This document shows positions 54,627 through 64,000 of a DNA stretch of 64,000 bases, piece by piece (positions within the stretch are counted from its first letter, which is position 1; each line of letters begins with the position of its first letter). Both the position numbers and the translations under genes were made by a program. This DNA is from a bacterium (lineage in GTDB: Bacteria > Patescibacteriota > Patescibacteriia > SG8-24), in the NCBI GenBank assembly GCA_021824285.1, contig JAKAKZ010000004.1, forward strand, positions 225-64,224, in the 5' to 3' direction. The notes under the pieces were generated by a model. It searched no databases, was not told where the DNA came from, and saw only the letters and a list, made by a program, of their open reading frames with translations.

Positions 54627-57600
54627 TTAAGGTTTGACGACGATTTCTCCGGCGAACGTGTCCCAGGCCGTGTTGTAGCTGTCGCAGACGCCGCCGCCGG
54701 CGTTGGTTCCGGTATCCGGTCCGACGCAGAGCCCGTTCGGGTTGGCGACCGTCTTGTTGCCGGCGGAATCCAGCAGCAAGCCGCTGCAGGAACCGCTGCA
54801 CACGCCCCAATAATCCGTGAACTGGACGCGCGGCTTGAAGTGACACATGGAGCCGTCCTGGCACGGATACTTGTTGCCGTCGCAGGCCGGGAAGGTGGAG
54901 AGGTCGGAAGCCGTGCAGGTGTAGAGGATGGATTCGCGGAAGTACCGCGTGACACAGGACTCCGGCGTCTTGCCCCACTCGGTCGTGCCGGCGCAGATTT
55001 CCGTCGGGGCGGCACCAGAGGTGGCCGGCTTGATCACGCCGCGCTGATTCTTGTAGAGGCCCTTGGTCTCCACGTAGTCGGCGCTCACGATATTGGGATT
55101 TTTGTAAGTCGCGCCGTTGGCGTCGAAGCGCTTCTTGACGAGCGGCATGTGGTCCTTATCCGCGTAGCCGTAATAGGTGATGTTAGCCAAGTAGGAGCCG
55201 CCGCCGGCCGTATTGCCCACCTGGCCGCTCACGAAGCCGTCGACGGTCATCGCATTGGTCCCATCCTCTTCGCAGGCCCAATCGTTGACCGACGGATAGC
55301 AGCGCTGGCGCGTCGTGGCGGTAGAGCCCGAACCGATGATTTCCGGCGCAGTCAGGGCGGCGGCGACTTTCGGCTGGCTGTTCGCGCCGGCATCGGCCAT
55401 GACCGCAGTCATGCCCCAACCGGTGCCGGACGACAGACCGTAGGCCGTGCCGGTAAGTCCGTAGCGGCCATAGGACTGCACGAACATCTTCTGGAGCTCC
55501 GCTTGGGTATAAGTGTTGCCGGCGGCGGCGAAACCGACGTCGAACCGCTTGACCGGAGGATTGGTTCCCATCGGGTCGGTCTTCACGAAGCCCTTATTGT
55601 TGTTGTTACCGGCGCCGCCGCGCAGGGCCGACCAGAGCGGCAGACCGGAGGTGTACGGTGCGTCGCTGCCGAAGACACCGTTTGCCGCCGGCGTGGCCGG
55701 GAACACGTGCCCGTAGGGGGCGATGTCCTGGGAAGTCTTATTGTCGGCATCCTCCGGATTGTAGATATCTACCGTAACTCCATAAGGGATGCCCAAGTCG
55801 TTGGCCAGCTTCATCTTGAACTGGTTGGTCTTGACGATGGCCGGGGTGTTGGTCGAGGAGCTGCCGCCCAAATCCGTGTATTCGCGGCACTGCTCGCGGA
55901 GATAGACGGTAACAGTGCCCTCGCGGTTCACGGTCACGCTGTGGTTCCGATCAAGAATTCCGGTGCCGGACGCAAAGATGTCGTGACCGACGCACCAGAG
56001 ACTGCCGATGCTGCTTAGGGTGCCGTTGTCCCAGTTGGCCTGCGCATACATGCAGCCCTTGTCCTTGTCGATGGCGTCAGAGGCCCCGGTGGTGTTCGCC
56101 TGATCGCCGCACTTAAAGCCAGTGGCGTCATAATGCGGCGCGCAGAACGGACTGATGCCGCTACTGGTCCACTCGCCGGTAGACAGGAATTCCGTAGCTG
56201 GCGGCTGCGGCGGGTCCGCGCTCCCCTTCCAGCCAACCTCGAATTTCCAGCCGTTCGATGGCGTCAGCCAGAAATCAGTTATGGCGTTATCGGTAAAGTC
56301 GCGGCTGTAATGCTTAACCGAAATTTTGATGGCCGCGACATCATTGATGCTCAAGCCCACGGAACTGACATCAGAATTGTGGACGTCTTTTGTCGTCCAA
56401 TTGGCCGCAAGCCGCTTTTCGCCCCAAATCCAGGCTGACCAGAACATGTCGTTCCACAACCATGATGGAGGGGCACCGCCAGGATTGTTCTCCAGTTCAT
56501 ACAGGCCGACCTGATACTCATCGGTACACTGATAGTCAGGCGAATTGCTTGTGTAGGCGTCAATACCGCCCGCGAGCATACCGATGGTGCATCCGACAAG
56601 CGGAACCGTGGCGCATGCAATCGCCATTTCAGACGCGATTCTTGCCCAGTTAGGGCAATTCCTAACGGTTGTAGACCAATGATCGGTCCAGATGATGTTT
56701 GAATACTGCCCGGTCGGCCAGCCCTTGGACGCGTACTTGCCCGGCACGTTGACCTTATCGGAGCAGTAGAGCAGCTTGTCGACTCCGGCATCGATGGCCG
56801 GATCGAAACCGGCTTCCGGATACTGGTTATAGATGTCCGGCTGGCCGGAGAGCTGGTCCACCGGGAGCCACTGCAGGCAATGGTACTGGTCCGGCGTGCC
56901 GTTGATGCGCGTGCCGTAGTCCTTGTCGATGCAGATGCCGGTCCAGCCGGTGGCGTTCCGGGCCTTGGTCTTGGCGGAGCAGGAGCCGGTGCTCGCGTCC
57001 GCGCCGGTCGCGGCGCATGACGCGTTGCTCGTGCAGGGCTGTCCGAGTTTGGTGGCGTCGCCCATGGTGCAGACGCTGTTATCCATGGCGGTGCCGACCG
57101 GCTTGAAGACCGAGAAGCCGGGACCGTAATCGGCGCGGCTGTAGGAGCAGTCGCAGGCGTTGTTCAGGCCGGACGAATCGCTGTCCAAGCAGAGATTGGC
57201 GCTCTTGAAATTGGAGATCGGCTGGCTCCGGTTGGAGTAGGTGCCGCCCAAAAGCACAGTCTTGCCGTAGGGCGAGTCGGATTCCGGATAGCCGCGGCAC
57301 ATCATGGAAGCGCCGGCGCTCCGGGTGTCGGCCTTCATGGCCGGACCGCCGAAGAGGTCGAAGGCACAGACGCCGTTCTTGGCCTGGGCGTTGGATTTGA
57401 TGCAGCGGCCGTGGTTCTTGTTCGGATCGGGATCGTCGGTGATGACGCACTGGCTGTCGTTGGTGCAGGTCGTGATTATGCCGCCGACGTTGGAGTCGCG
57501 GACGATCGCGGCAACGTAATCCGGACTGCTGTCCTTGTCCGTGAGCGACAGCAGGGCCTCCGGCGGATAGGCGTTCGGGACGGTGTAGCCGGAAAATTCC

Positions 57601-60600
57601 GGTCCGCGATAGCTGATATCGCGGTCCGCGTACTTGTCCACGGTGAAACGGCCGTCCTCGGGCGAGCGCACGGTGAAGTCCACGCACTTAACGCCGCTCG
57701 CGGTCATCTGATACTGCTGGCAGAGCGCCATGGCGACGCATTGCGACTTCCACTTGGTGGAGCTGTTCTCGTCGTAGACCGGCACGGTCTGGCGGCACTC
57801 CAGCCACTCGGAGCACTCGCGGTCGCGGCGGACCTTCAGAATGACGTTGCCGTCGTTCTTCGGCGGTGCGGCGCTGATGTCACGGCAGACCGCTCCCTCG
57901 CACTTCTCGCCATAGCCGGTGCACTGGCTGTCCGCCGTGCAGAACTTGCCGGATTTGGTGCAGGTCTTCGGTCCGCAATCCGCATCCGCGACGCAGCTGC
58001 TGCCCCAAATATCAGTGCCATTCGAGGCGGTCCGGAAGCAGCGGTGGTCGCAGGCCGGATCGCGGACATTCGCGGCCGCCTCGCAGTTCACCGTGGGCAC
58101 GCGGTCGCTGTTCTTGTTGAGATCCTCGTGGCGATAGGTCGCATAAGAGGAGATGCGCTTCACCGGGACACTGGATTGGTTGAAGATCACGCAACCCTGT
58201 TTGAGCGAAGCCGTGCCGGAACAGGAAGACTTGTCCAACTTGTTGTTGTCCATGTAGTAATAGGCCGTACCCTCCGGGTTGGTGTTCGAGGTCTCGAGCG
58301 GATCGATGAACTCCTCGCACCGATTGAACTGTTCGGGGCACTTGCCGACCCAGCCCTGGTAACCGCAGCCGGTCTGGCCGAGCGCCACGCTGCAGACCGG
58401 CGTGCCGGTCTCGGGGCAGGAGCAGCCAAGCGGTTTATTGCAGGCCGCCGCAAGATTGCAGGAGACGTCGCCCTGCTTGGCGATCGGATAGAGAATGCCG
58501 TTCTGCAGCTCGCCCGGGGCGCAGGGAATCAGGGCCCCACCCGAACTCTTGCGGAACCAGCCGTTGCGCTTGGCGCCATCCGGCATGATGATGTCCTCCT
58601 TGTATTCGCAGATCTTGTCGCCTGGATCCTTGAAGAACTTGAGACCGTCCGCGGAGTTGTACTCCTTGCAGCCGAGCGCGGCCTCGGTGCAGAGCTGCTG
58701 GTCGTACTTGGCTGGGTTGTTCTTGATGGCGACATTGTCCCAGCGGTCAATGACGCCGGCGCCGAGCGAGAGCGTACAGGAGGTCTCGCCTTTCTTCATC
58801 AGGCAGAAATTGCCGGTGGCCGTATCCGTGCACTTGCAGGCGTCGTATTTCTGCGAGGTGCAGCCGTAAGCGCCGAAGGAGCAGGAGTCCACGGTGGTGC
58901 AGACGGCCTGCTGGCCGGATTCGTAGTGCAGGCATTGCTTCTCATAGACCTGGTGGGACTGGCCCATGACGCGACAGCCCACAGCCTCGGCTTTGCACTG
59001 GTATTTGACGTCCGCGGCGAGATACAGGCGCTCATCAGCAGCCACGCGGACGCGGTCGGGCGTGGAGAGGAGACATTTATTCGCGGCACCGCAGTCCGTA
59101 TCCGCACTGCAGAGCTTGTTCGCGTCGTTGGAGCACCGGCCGTCCGGCACGGAGACGTCCCAGCCGTCATAGTGGAAGCGGCAGGAGGTTTCGCCGTTCG
59201 GTACGCGGCAGACGTCTTTCAGCACGGCGGCCGGATTGCCGGAAGTCGGATCTTTGACCTTATAATCGCATGGCGTACCCAGGCCGGTCGCCGGCGAAGA
59301 CAGGCTGCAGACCGCGTTCCAGGTCTCGGAGTACGGGTTCTGCAGGGTGTTCTGTGTGTTGACGTAGGTGCCGCAGCCCACGGCGCGGTCGCGGCAGAGC
59401 TGGCTGAACTGGCGCAGGGTGGAAACCTGGCCCTTGGTGTCGCGGTATTCGCGGCAGCCGAGCATCTGGAGCGGGGCCGGCGTGCCGTCCGGCGCGGTGT
59501 TGCAGGAAGCCGGCGTCTGCCAGGAATTCGCGACCGCGTAGATGTTCTCCTGGACTTCGCGCATCACGAAATTGTCGATGTAGGCTGCCTGACCGGAGGG
59601 GTGCAGGGAAAGCGAGGTCAGGGCCGCATTCAGGAAGATGGGGCCGACGGAATAGAGCTTCCAAGAAGGCGATAGCGTGATTGTCGGCAGGGACGGCGTT
59701 GCCGCGGCGGCCGGCACGACGGAGATGGAGAGATTGCCGCTGCCCCGCGCCCAGAAGCTGAAGGAGTAGGAGCGGCCGGATTTGGCGAGGCCCGCAAGAG
59801 AGCGGCTGGCGGTGGCGTTCGCCGTGATGACGAGCGAGTGTCCGCCGACGACCACCGATTCCGCAGACTGCTTGGCGTCGGCCGCGGGCGTCCAGCCGGC
59901 CGTGCCGGATTCGAAATCATCCAGCGCCACCTGCCGGACGTTGCCGGCGGTGTTGCCCTTGTAGGCGCGGCAGCCGGCCAAGGCCGCGGAGCAGGAATCG
60001 CTGCCGGATGCGGTGAAGCGGTAAACGCAGGTCAGGGTGGTTTCGTTCCAGACGCCGCGGCTGGCTTCGCAGTCGAGTTTCGACTCGGCGATGTCGGTCG
60101 TGCGCGCGGTGATGCGGTTGTAGCGGCAGTCCGCGGTCGCGAGCACGGTCTGCGACAGGCGGCGGTAATGGCGGTTGCCGTCCTGGTCATAGAACTCGCG
60201 ACAGTCGAAGTCGCCCTGCTCGATGTCGGCGCGGGAACAGTAGCCGGTCGTATCCTGGTCGTTGCAGGTGAAGGCCTGCGTCACGGCGCTGCGCGTGAGC
60301 GCGGTGCATGGCGCAAACCCGGCATTGGCGCAGCTGCCTGGCGTGGTGCAGACATCGGAAGCGTTGTGGCCCGCGCTCTGGTCCGGAACCGTCGCGGCGG
60401 TCTTGCGCATGCTCCACTCCTTGATTTCGTAGCCTTGGGTGTCTGATCCTTCCCATGTATAGAAGGTCTGCGTTTCCGGATCCGTCGGCAGCTGGCACTG
60501 CTGCACTCTCTTATAATATGAAACCTGTTCGTTCTCGATATCCGTGAACTCGGAACAGCCGACGTCCGCGGCCGAACAGGCCTGGGCGGTCTTAGGGATG

Positions 60601-63434
60601 AAGTAGACCGGGAACTTGTCGCGCTCAAACGCGGTTGCCTCCTGCTTGAAGACGTCGTAACCGACGCACTCGGCCGGACAGCGATCACCATCGTTGACGA
60701 TGGCCGGGACGGCCGGGTCGCCGTTGGCCGGCGTATAGCGGTCACAGCCGACTTCGGTCTCACGGCAGATGGCAGCGTAGTTGGCGCAGGCAGCCGGATC
60801 ATTGCCCTCGCCTTTGCAGCCGAGTTCCGGCGGAGGAAGTTTGAGGTTGGCGTACTGCAGGTCGCCGCCGTACTGCTCATGGAAATCCGTCAGATTCCCC
60901 TCTTCCACCTGAACGTCGTCGGCCAGCAGGTAATCGTTGCCGTTGTTCACGAGACTCAACGTGGCGCTCGCCACGCGGTCGTCTGACACCATGAAGGAGC
61001 AGGAGAGGCGGTATTTGGTGAGCGCGTTGGCCGCGGTCAGGCGCACGCCGCCGCCGGTGGCGGTGCAGGTCGTGCCGCCCGGGGAATCCGTAAAGATTAG
61101 GGAGGCCGGGACGGTCAACGAAGTGCCTTGTTTGTCGGAGAACACCAGGCTGACCCTGGCATCGATGCCGGTCTTGCCGGTCTGAGTCAGGAAAACGGCG
61201 GAAACAGTGGTCGTCTTGAAAGGACGGACCGCGATGCCGACCTGGGACACGGATTGGGTGCGCTCGACCGTCATGGCATGGCTGCCGTGCGAAATCGGCT
61301 GGGGTGCGGTCGAGACGTAGCCGGAAGCGCCGGTCGCGGACACGTTGGCCATCGGCCACCAGAAGTTCGCGTGCTGGGCCGCACTGCCGTTGTTGTCGAA
61401 ATCCTCTATGGTCTCGAAACCGGGGTTGCGCACGAGGTTCAGCGACGAGCCGGCCGGCAGCATGGCCACGGCGCTGCAGCCGTCGTCCGCCGCCTGGCAT
61501 TTTTCGGCCTGGCGGTTCAGGTACAGCTGCGGCGCGGAATTCCAGGCCTGGTCCACGCTGGCAGGAGCGGCGGCGGTGTTGAGCGACGTGGAGTAGGCGG
61601 TGCAGCCCACGTTATCGCTGCCGCAGATGCCGGCATCGACCGTATTCAGCAGATAACTCACCTGTTTCTTCGTGGAAGTATCCGTGAGCGTGCGGCAGGA
61701 GGCGAACTGCGCCGGACACCGGTCGCCGTCGAAGCGCCAGACGTTCTTCTCCTGGGTGCAGTAGCCGTAGGAATCGCCGATGCAGTTGCCGGCATCGTCC
61801 TGCTTAAGGCAGGTGCGCTCATCGACGCACTCCTCGTTACGCTTCGGAGAATCCGGGCTCAACAGCGTCGGACCGAAGGCCTGTGCCTTGCACACCACCG
61901 GCGGTATCTTCACGACCCAGTCAGGATCGATCAGATGACAGTACGGGGTCGTCTGGCTCCAATGGCCGTTCTGATCGCATTCGGTGAAACGGGCGATGGC
62001 CGCACTGAGAGTAATCGCCTTGCTGGGATTGGTCTGGGCCTGCTGTGCGGCGAGTTCCCAACCGATCGGCAGGACACGGAGAGCGCGGAGTTTCTTGAGG
62101 TTAGCCTCGCAATAGCCGCTCGCGTAACATGTCCGGCTGCTGTCGGCCAGCGGATCGGTCGCGGGGATGAGTTTCCAGTCTCCGTGCAGGGCGCCGGTGG
62201 CGATCAGTTCCCGGACGGTCATCGGCTTGATGCGGGATTCGGTCAAGGCCTGCGCCAATTTGGCGTCGATGCTGCAGTTGTCCGGAGTGCGGCCCTGCGT
62301 TTCGCCGGGACAAATGGACATGTCGGCGACCGGGTCGATGGCCCCCGGTTCCTTGGGCTTGGCGACCGCATACTGCGGCGCGATGGCCTGGGCCACGGAT
62401 TGCGGCGTGGCAGAGACAGGATTGCTCAAGAAGTCGTAGGGCAGGTTGGGGTCAGCGGCGATGAGCATCTCGTTCGACATCATGCCGTTGACCATCTTGT
62501 TCCAGAGACGCGAAGCGAGCACCTGGGCGAAAGTGGCGGCCGCGCCGATGAGCGCGCCGACGATGCGGTTGCCTGACACCTGCGCGTTCGTGGACTGTTG
62601 GCCGGCTTCGGCCGTGCCCTTGTCCTTGGCGTCCTTGGCGTTCTCGGCTTCCTGCTTGACTTGGGAGGCCGGCGTCTTCACGCGCCCGGAGACCATATCG
62701 TAGATGCCGGAAAAGCCACCGCCAGCCGTGGCCTCATACTGCCGCTTGGCGGTATCGAGCTCCTGCGACTTCAGCCCCTGGGATTTGAGCGCCTCCTGGG
62801 CGGACATGAAAGTATCCGCCGGAGACTGGCCGGGGATGAACTGCAGGGAGACGTTCTTCATCAGCTCGCTGGGCTTCAGCGTCGAGGCTGCGCTTTCCCA
62901 GTTCTTGATGACATTATTGAAATCGCACTTCGGCTTCGGCGGCTGGTATTCGTCCATGATGCCGAGACCGACGTTGAGTTTGAACTTGAAATCAATGCCC
63001 TTCGGTTCGCAGAGGTTCAGACCGAGCTTCTCCAGACCGGATTCCTGGGAGAAGGTGCCGATGGCCTCGCCGAGGCCGCCCATGAGCGCGTCCTTCATGC
63101 CGGATTCGAACGACTTGCTGTTCCAGCAGGGCTTCTGGCCCGGGCAGTCGCTCGTGAGCGCCACGGCCGCCTGATAGGCAATCTGGTTGATGGTGTAGGA
63201 AAAGAGGTTGCTGGCGGCGGAGGTGATGGCCGGGACCGCGAACTCCTTGATGGTGTCGATGATCGTGTCCTTGGTCTTCATGACGTTCCCCGGAACGTCC
63301 ACGACCGGCAGGTCGGCGCGGGCCGGCTGCGGCGAGAGGAGGATGAACGAGGCCGAAGACACCGTCAGGGTGATGCCGAACAGCAGCGCGGCCAGCGCTT
63401 TCTTGAGCCGGTGGATGTAGCTGGAGGACTTCAT
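54627..63434 (-). CDS. giant secreted cysteine-rich surface protein (2935 aa)
   Basis: A single uninterrupted ORF with an N-terminal signal/anchor (LAALLFGITLTVSSASFILL). Cys is very abundant throughout as CxnC pairs. There are no internal TM segments. The ATG is preceded by a spacer and the gene lies immediately upstream of the VirB6-like gene. Confidence 0.85.
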   Translation of the reverse strand: MKSSSYIHRLKKALAALLFGITLTVSSASFILLSPQPARADLPVVDVPGNVMKTKDTIIDTIKEFAVPAITSAASNLFSYTINQIAYQAAVALTSDCPGQKPCWNSKSFESGMKDALMGGLGEAIGTFSQESGLEKLGLNLCEPKGIDFKFKLNVGLGIMDEYQPPKPKCDFNNVIKNWESAASTLKPSELMKNVSLQFIPGQSPADTFMSAQEALKSQGLKSQELDTAKRQYEATAGGGFSGIYDMVSGRVKTPASQVKQEAENAKDAKDKGTAEAGQQSTNAQVSGNRIVGALIGAAATFAQVLASRLWNKMVNGMMSNEMLIAADPNLPYDFLSNPVSATPQSVAQAIAPQYAVAKPKEPGAIDPVADMSICPGETQGRTPDNCSIDAKLAQALTESRIKPMTVRELIATGALHGDWKLIPATDPLADSSRTCYASGYCEANLKKLRALRVLPIGWELAAQQAQTNPSKAITLSAAIARFTECDQNGHWSQTTPYCHLIDPDWVVKIPPVVCKAQAFGPTLLSPDSPKRNEECVDERTCLKQDDAGNCIGDSYGYCTQEKNVWRFDGDRCPAQFASCRTLTDTSTKKQVSYLLNTVDAGICGSDNVGCTAYSTSLNTAAAPASVDQAWNSAPQLYLNRQAEKCQAADDGCSAVAMLPAGSSLNLVRNPGFETIEDFDNNGSAAQHANFWWPMANVSATGASGYVSTAPQPISHGSHAMTVERTQSVSQVGIAVRPFKTTTVSAVFLTQTGKTGIDARVSLVFSDKQGTSLTVPASLIFTDSPGGTTCTATGGGVRLTAANALTKYRLSCSFMVSDDRVASATLSLVNNGNDYLLADDVQVEEGNLTDFHEQYGGDLQYANLKLPPPELGCKGEGNDPAACANYAAICRETEVGCDRYTPANGDPAVPAIVNDGDRCPAECVGYDVFKQEATAFERDKFPVYFIPKTAQACSAADVGCSEFTDIENEQVSYYKRVQQCQLPTDPETQTFYTWEGSDTQGYEIKEWSMRKTAATVPDQSAGHNASDVCTTPGSCANAGFAPCTALTRSAVTQAFTCNDQDTTGYCSRADIEQGDFDCREFYDQDGNRHYRRLSQTVLATADCRYNRITARTTDIAESKLDCEASRGVWNETTLTCVYRFTASGSDSCSAALAGCRAYKGNTAGNVRQVALDDFESGTAGWTPAADAKQSAESVVVGGHSLVITANATASRSLAGLAKSGRSYSFSFWARGSGNLSISVVPAAAATPSLPTITLSPSWKLYSVGPIFLNAALTSLSLHPSGQAAYIDNFVMREVQENIYAVANSWQTPASCNTAPDGTPAPLQMLGCREYRDTKGQVSTLRQFSQLCRDRAVGCGTYVNTQNTLQNPYSETWNAVCSLSSPATGLGTPCDYKVKDPTSGNPAAVLKDVCRVPNGETSCRFHYDGWDVSVPDGRCSNDANKLCSADTDCGAANKCLLSTPDRVRVAADERLYLAADVKYQCKAEAVGCRVMGQSHQVYEKQCLHYESGQQAVCTTVDSCSFGAYGCTSQKYDACKCTDTATGNFCLMKKGETSCTLSLGAGVIDRWDNVAIKNNPAKYDQQLCTEAALGCKEYNSADGLKFFKDPGDKICEYKEDIIMPDGAKRNGWFRKSSGGALIPCAPGELQNGILYPIAKQGDVSCNLAAACNKPLGCSCPETGTPVCSVALGQTGCGYQGWVGKCPEQFNRCEEFIDPLETSNTNPEGTAYYYMDNNKLDKSSCSGTASLKQGCVIFNQSSVPVKRISSYATYRHEDLNKNSDRVPTVNCEAAANVRDPACDHRCFRTASNGTDIWGSSCVADADCGPKTCTKSGKFCTADSQCTGYGEKCEGAVCRDISAAPPKNDGNVILKVRRDRECSEWLECRQTVPVYDENSSTKWKSQCVAMALCQQYQMTASGVKCVDFTVRSPEDGRFTVDKYADRDISYRGPEFSGYTVPNAYPPEALLSLTDKDSSPDYVAAIVRDSNVGGIITTCTNDSQCVITDDPDPNKNHGRCIKSNAQAKNGVCAFDLFGGPAMKADTRSAGASMMCRGYPESDSPYGKTVLLGGTYSNRSQPISNFKSANLCLDSDSSGLNNACDCSYSRADYGPGFSVFKPVGTAMDNSVCTMGDATKLGQPCTSNASCAATGADASTGSCSAKTKARNATGWTGICIDKDYGTRINGTPDQYHCLQWLPVDQLSGQPDIYNQYPEAGFDPAIDAGVDKLLYCSDKVNVPGKYASKGWPTGQYSNIIWTDHWSTTVRNCPNWARIASEMAIACATVPLVGCTIGMLAGGIDAYTSNSPDYQCTDEYQVGLYELENNPGGAPPSWLWNDMFWSAWIWGEKRLAANWTTKDVHNSDVSSVGLSINDVAAIKISVKHYSRDFTDNAITDFWLTPSNGWKFEVGWKGSADPPQPPATEFLSTGEWTSSGISPFCAPHYDATGFKCGDQANTTGASDAIDKDKGCMYAQANWDNGTLSSIGSLWCVGHDIFASGTGILDRNHSVTVNREGTVTVYLREQCREYTDLGGSSSTNTPAIVKTNQFKMKLANDLGIPYGVTVDIYNPEDADNKTSQDIAPYGHVFPATPAANGVFGSDAPYTSGLPLWSALRGGAGNNNNKGFVKTDPMGTNPPVKRFDVGFAAAGNTYTQAELQKMFVQSYGRYGLTGTAYGLSSGTGWGMTAVMADAGANSQPKVAAALTAPEIIGSGSTATTRQRCYPSVNDWACEEDGTNAMTVDGFVSGQVGNTAGGGSYLANITYYGYADKDHMPLVKKRFDANGATYKNPNIVSADYVETKGLYKNQRGVIKPATSGAAPTEICAGTTEWGKTPESCVTRYFRESILYTCTASDLSTFPACDGNKYPCQDGSMCHFKPRVQFTDYWGVCSGSCSGLLLDSAGNKTVANPNGLCVGPDTGTNAGGGVCDSYNTAWDTFAGEIVVKP

Positions 63435-63548
63435 CTCCGTGACGGTTTACGGATGAATGATGGCGACGGTCGGACCGGATTTAACCGGCATTATCGCGCT
63501 GGCTTATTGTAGCACTGATTCTGTCGGCTGTCCTGTGCTTTTTTGAGC

Positions 63549-64000
63549 TTAATTTCCGGCGGAAAGCTCGCCAATCGTGTCCTTAAGCAGGCGGCGCAGC
63601 GTGGCGTCGTCGTTCTTCGCGATGGCTTGCGGCGGCATACCGATGCTTTCCAGGAAGGAGCGCAGGTCGGCCGAACTCATCTGGTCGACCTTCTGGGCGA
63701 TGTCCGCGTCGCTCATCTTGCTGATGTCGCCGAAAGCTTTGGTGAAGGCCCGGTAGACGGCCGCGTCGGCGGACGATGGCACGGCAGTTCCCGTGCCCTG
63801 CGCCGGGGGGCTAGCCGGAACTGGGGCCGGGGCGGCGGGAGCGGGGGCGGCTACGGCGCGGCACGTCTTGCCCGACGGACAGGTCGGATCGCCGCCGCTC
63901 CTGACCTCTACCCCATCCGGAATGCCATCGGAATCGGAATCGTCGTTGTAGGCGCTCGTATGATAGATGTACATCTCGTCGTAATCGGAAAGACCGTCGC
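63549..64000 (-). CDS. partial secreted acidic protein with Dx[DS]xDGxxD (thrombospondin-type-3-like Ca-binding) repeats. The 5' end lies beyond the window.
   Basis: The frame stays open to the window edge (..DGLSDYDEMYIYHTSAYNDDSDSDGIPDGVE..). Pro/Ala-rich linker. Confidence 0.5.
   Translation of the reverse strand, partial: DGLSDYDEMYIYHTSAYNDDSDSDGIPDGVEVRSGGDPTCPSGKTCRAVAAPAPAAPAPVPASPPAQGTGTAVPSSADAAVYRAFTKAFGDISKMSDADIAQKVDQMSSADLRSFLESIGMPPQAIAKNDDATLRRLLKDTIGELSAGN

Overview
This is a 64-kb, high-GC (about 65%) stretch of bacterial chromosome. Roughly half of it is conserved housekeeping genes: rlmN, secE-nusG-rplK-rplA, dut, gmk, dnaE, pheS/pheT, rseP, murI, a phosphohexomutase, lemA, htpX, a ClpC-type ATPase, radA and recG. 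Three tRNA genes (Arg, Ser-GCT, Ser-TGA) sit among duplicated tRNA fragments. The rest encodes envelope and secretion-related proteins that, together with the compact gene set, look like a monoderm, CPR/Patescibacteria-like genome; that attribution is inference from gene content only. The main locus of interest is a minus-strand cluster from 45.2 kb to beyond the window end at 64 kb. It holds a Gram-positive-type VirB4 ATPase interrupted by an in-frame TGA, a VirB3-like small membrane protein, a 1082-aa VirB6/TrbL-like protein, a 685-aa Pro/Ala-rich protein, a 2935-aa cysteine-rich secreted giant protein and a partial acidic protein. It lies next to comF. A second module at 34-38 kb encodes a beta-propeller protein, a DsbA-like oxidoreductase and a VirB2-like pilin fused to an M23 peptidase. 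A stand-alone VirB2-like pilin gene sits between rplA and dut. The window also carries two dispersed repeat families, a recurring GGGGACTGTCCC palindrome upstream of recG and of the secretion operon, and duplicated tRNA fragments whose T-loops are split by one of the repeat elements. Many long ORFs in the six-frame track are antisense artefacts of the GC content and are not called. Hand-derived coordinates for RNAs, repeats and terminators are approximate, about +/-3 nt.
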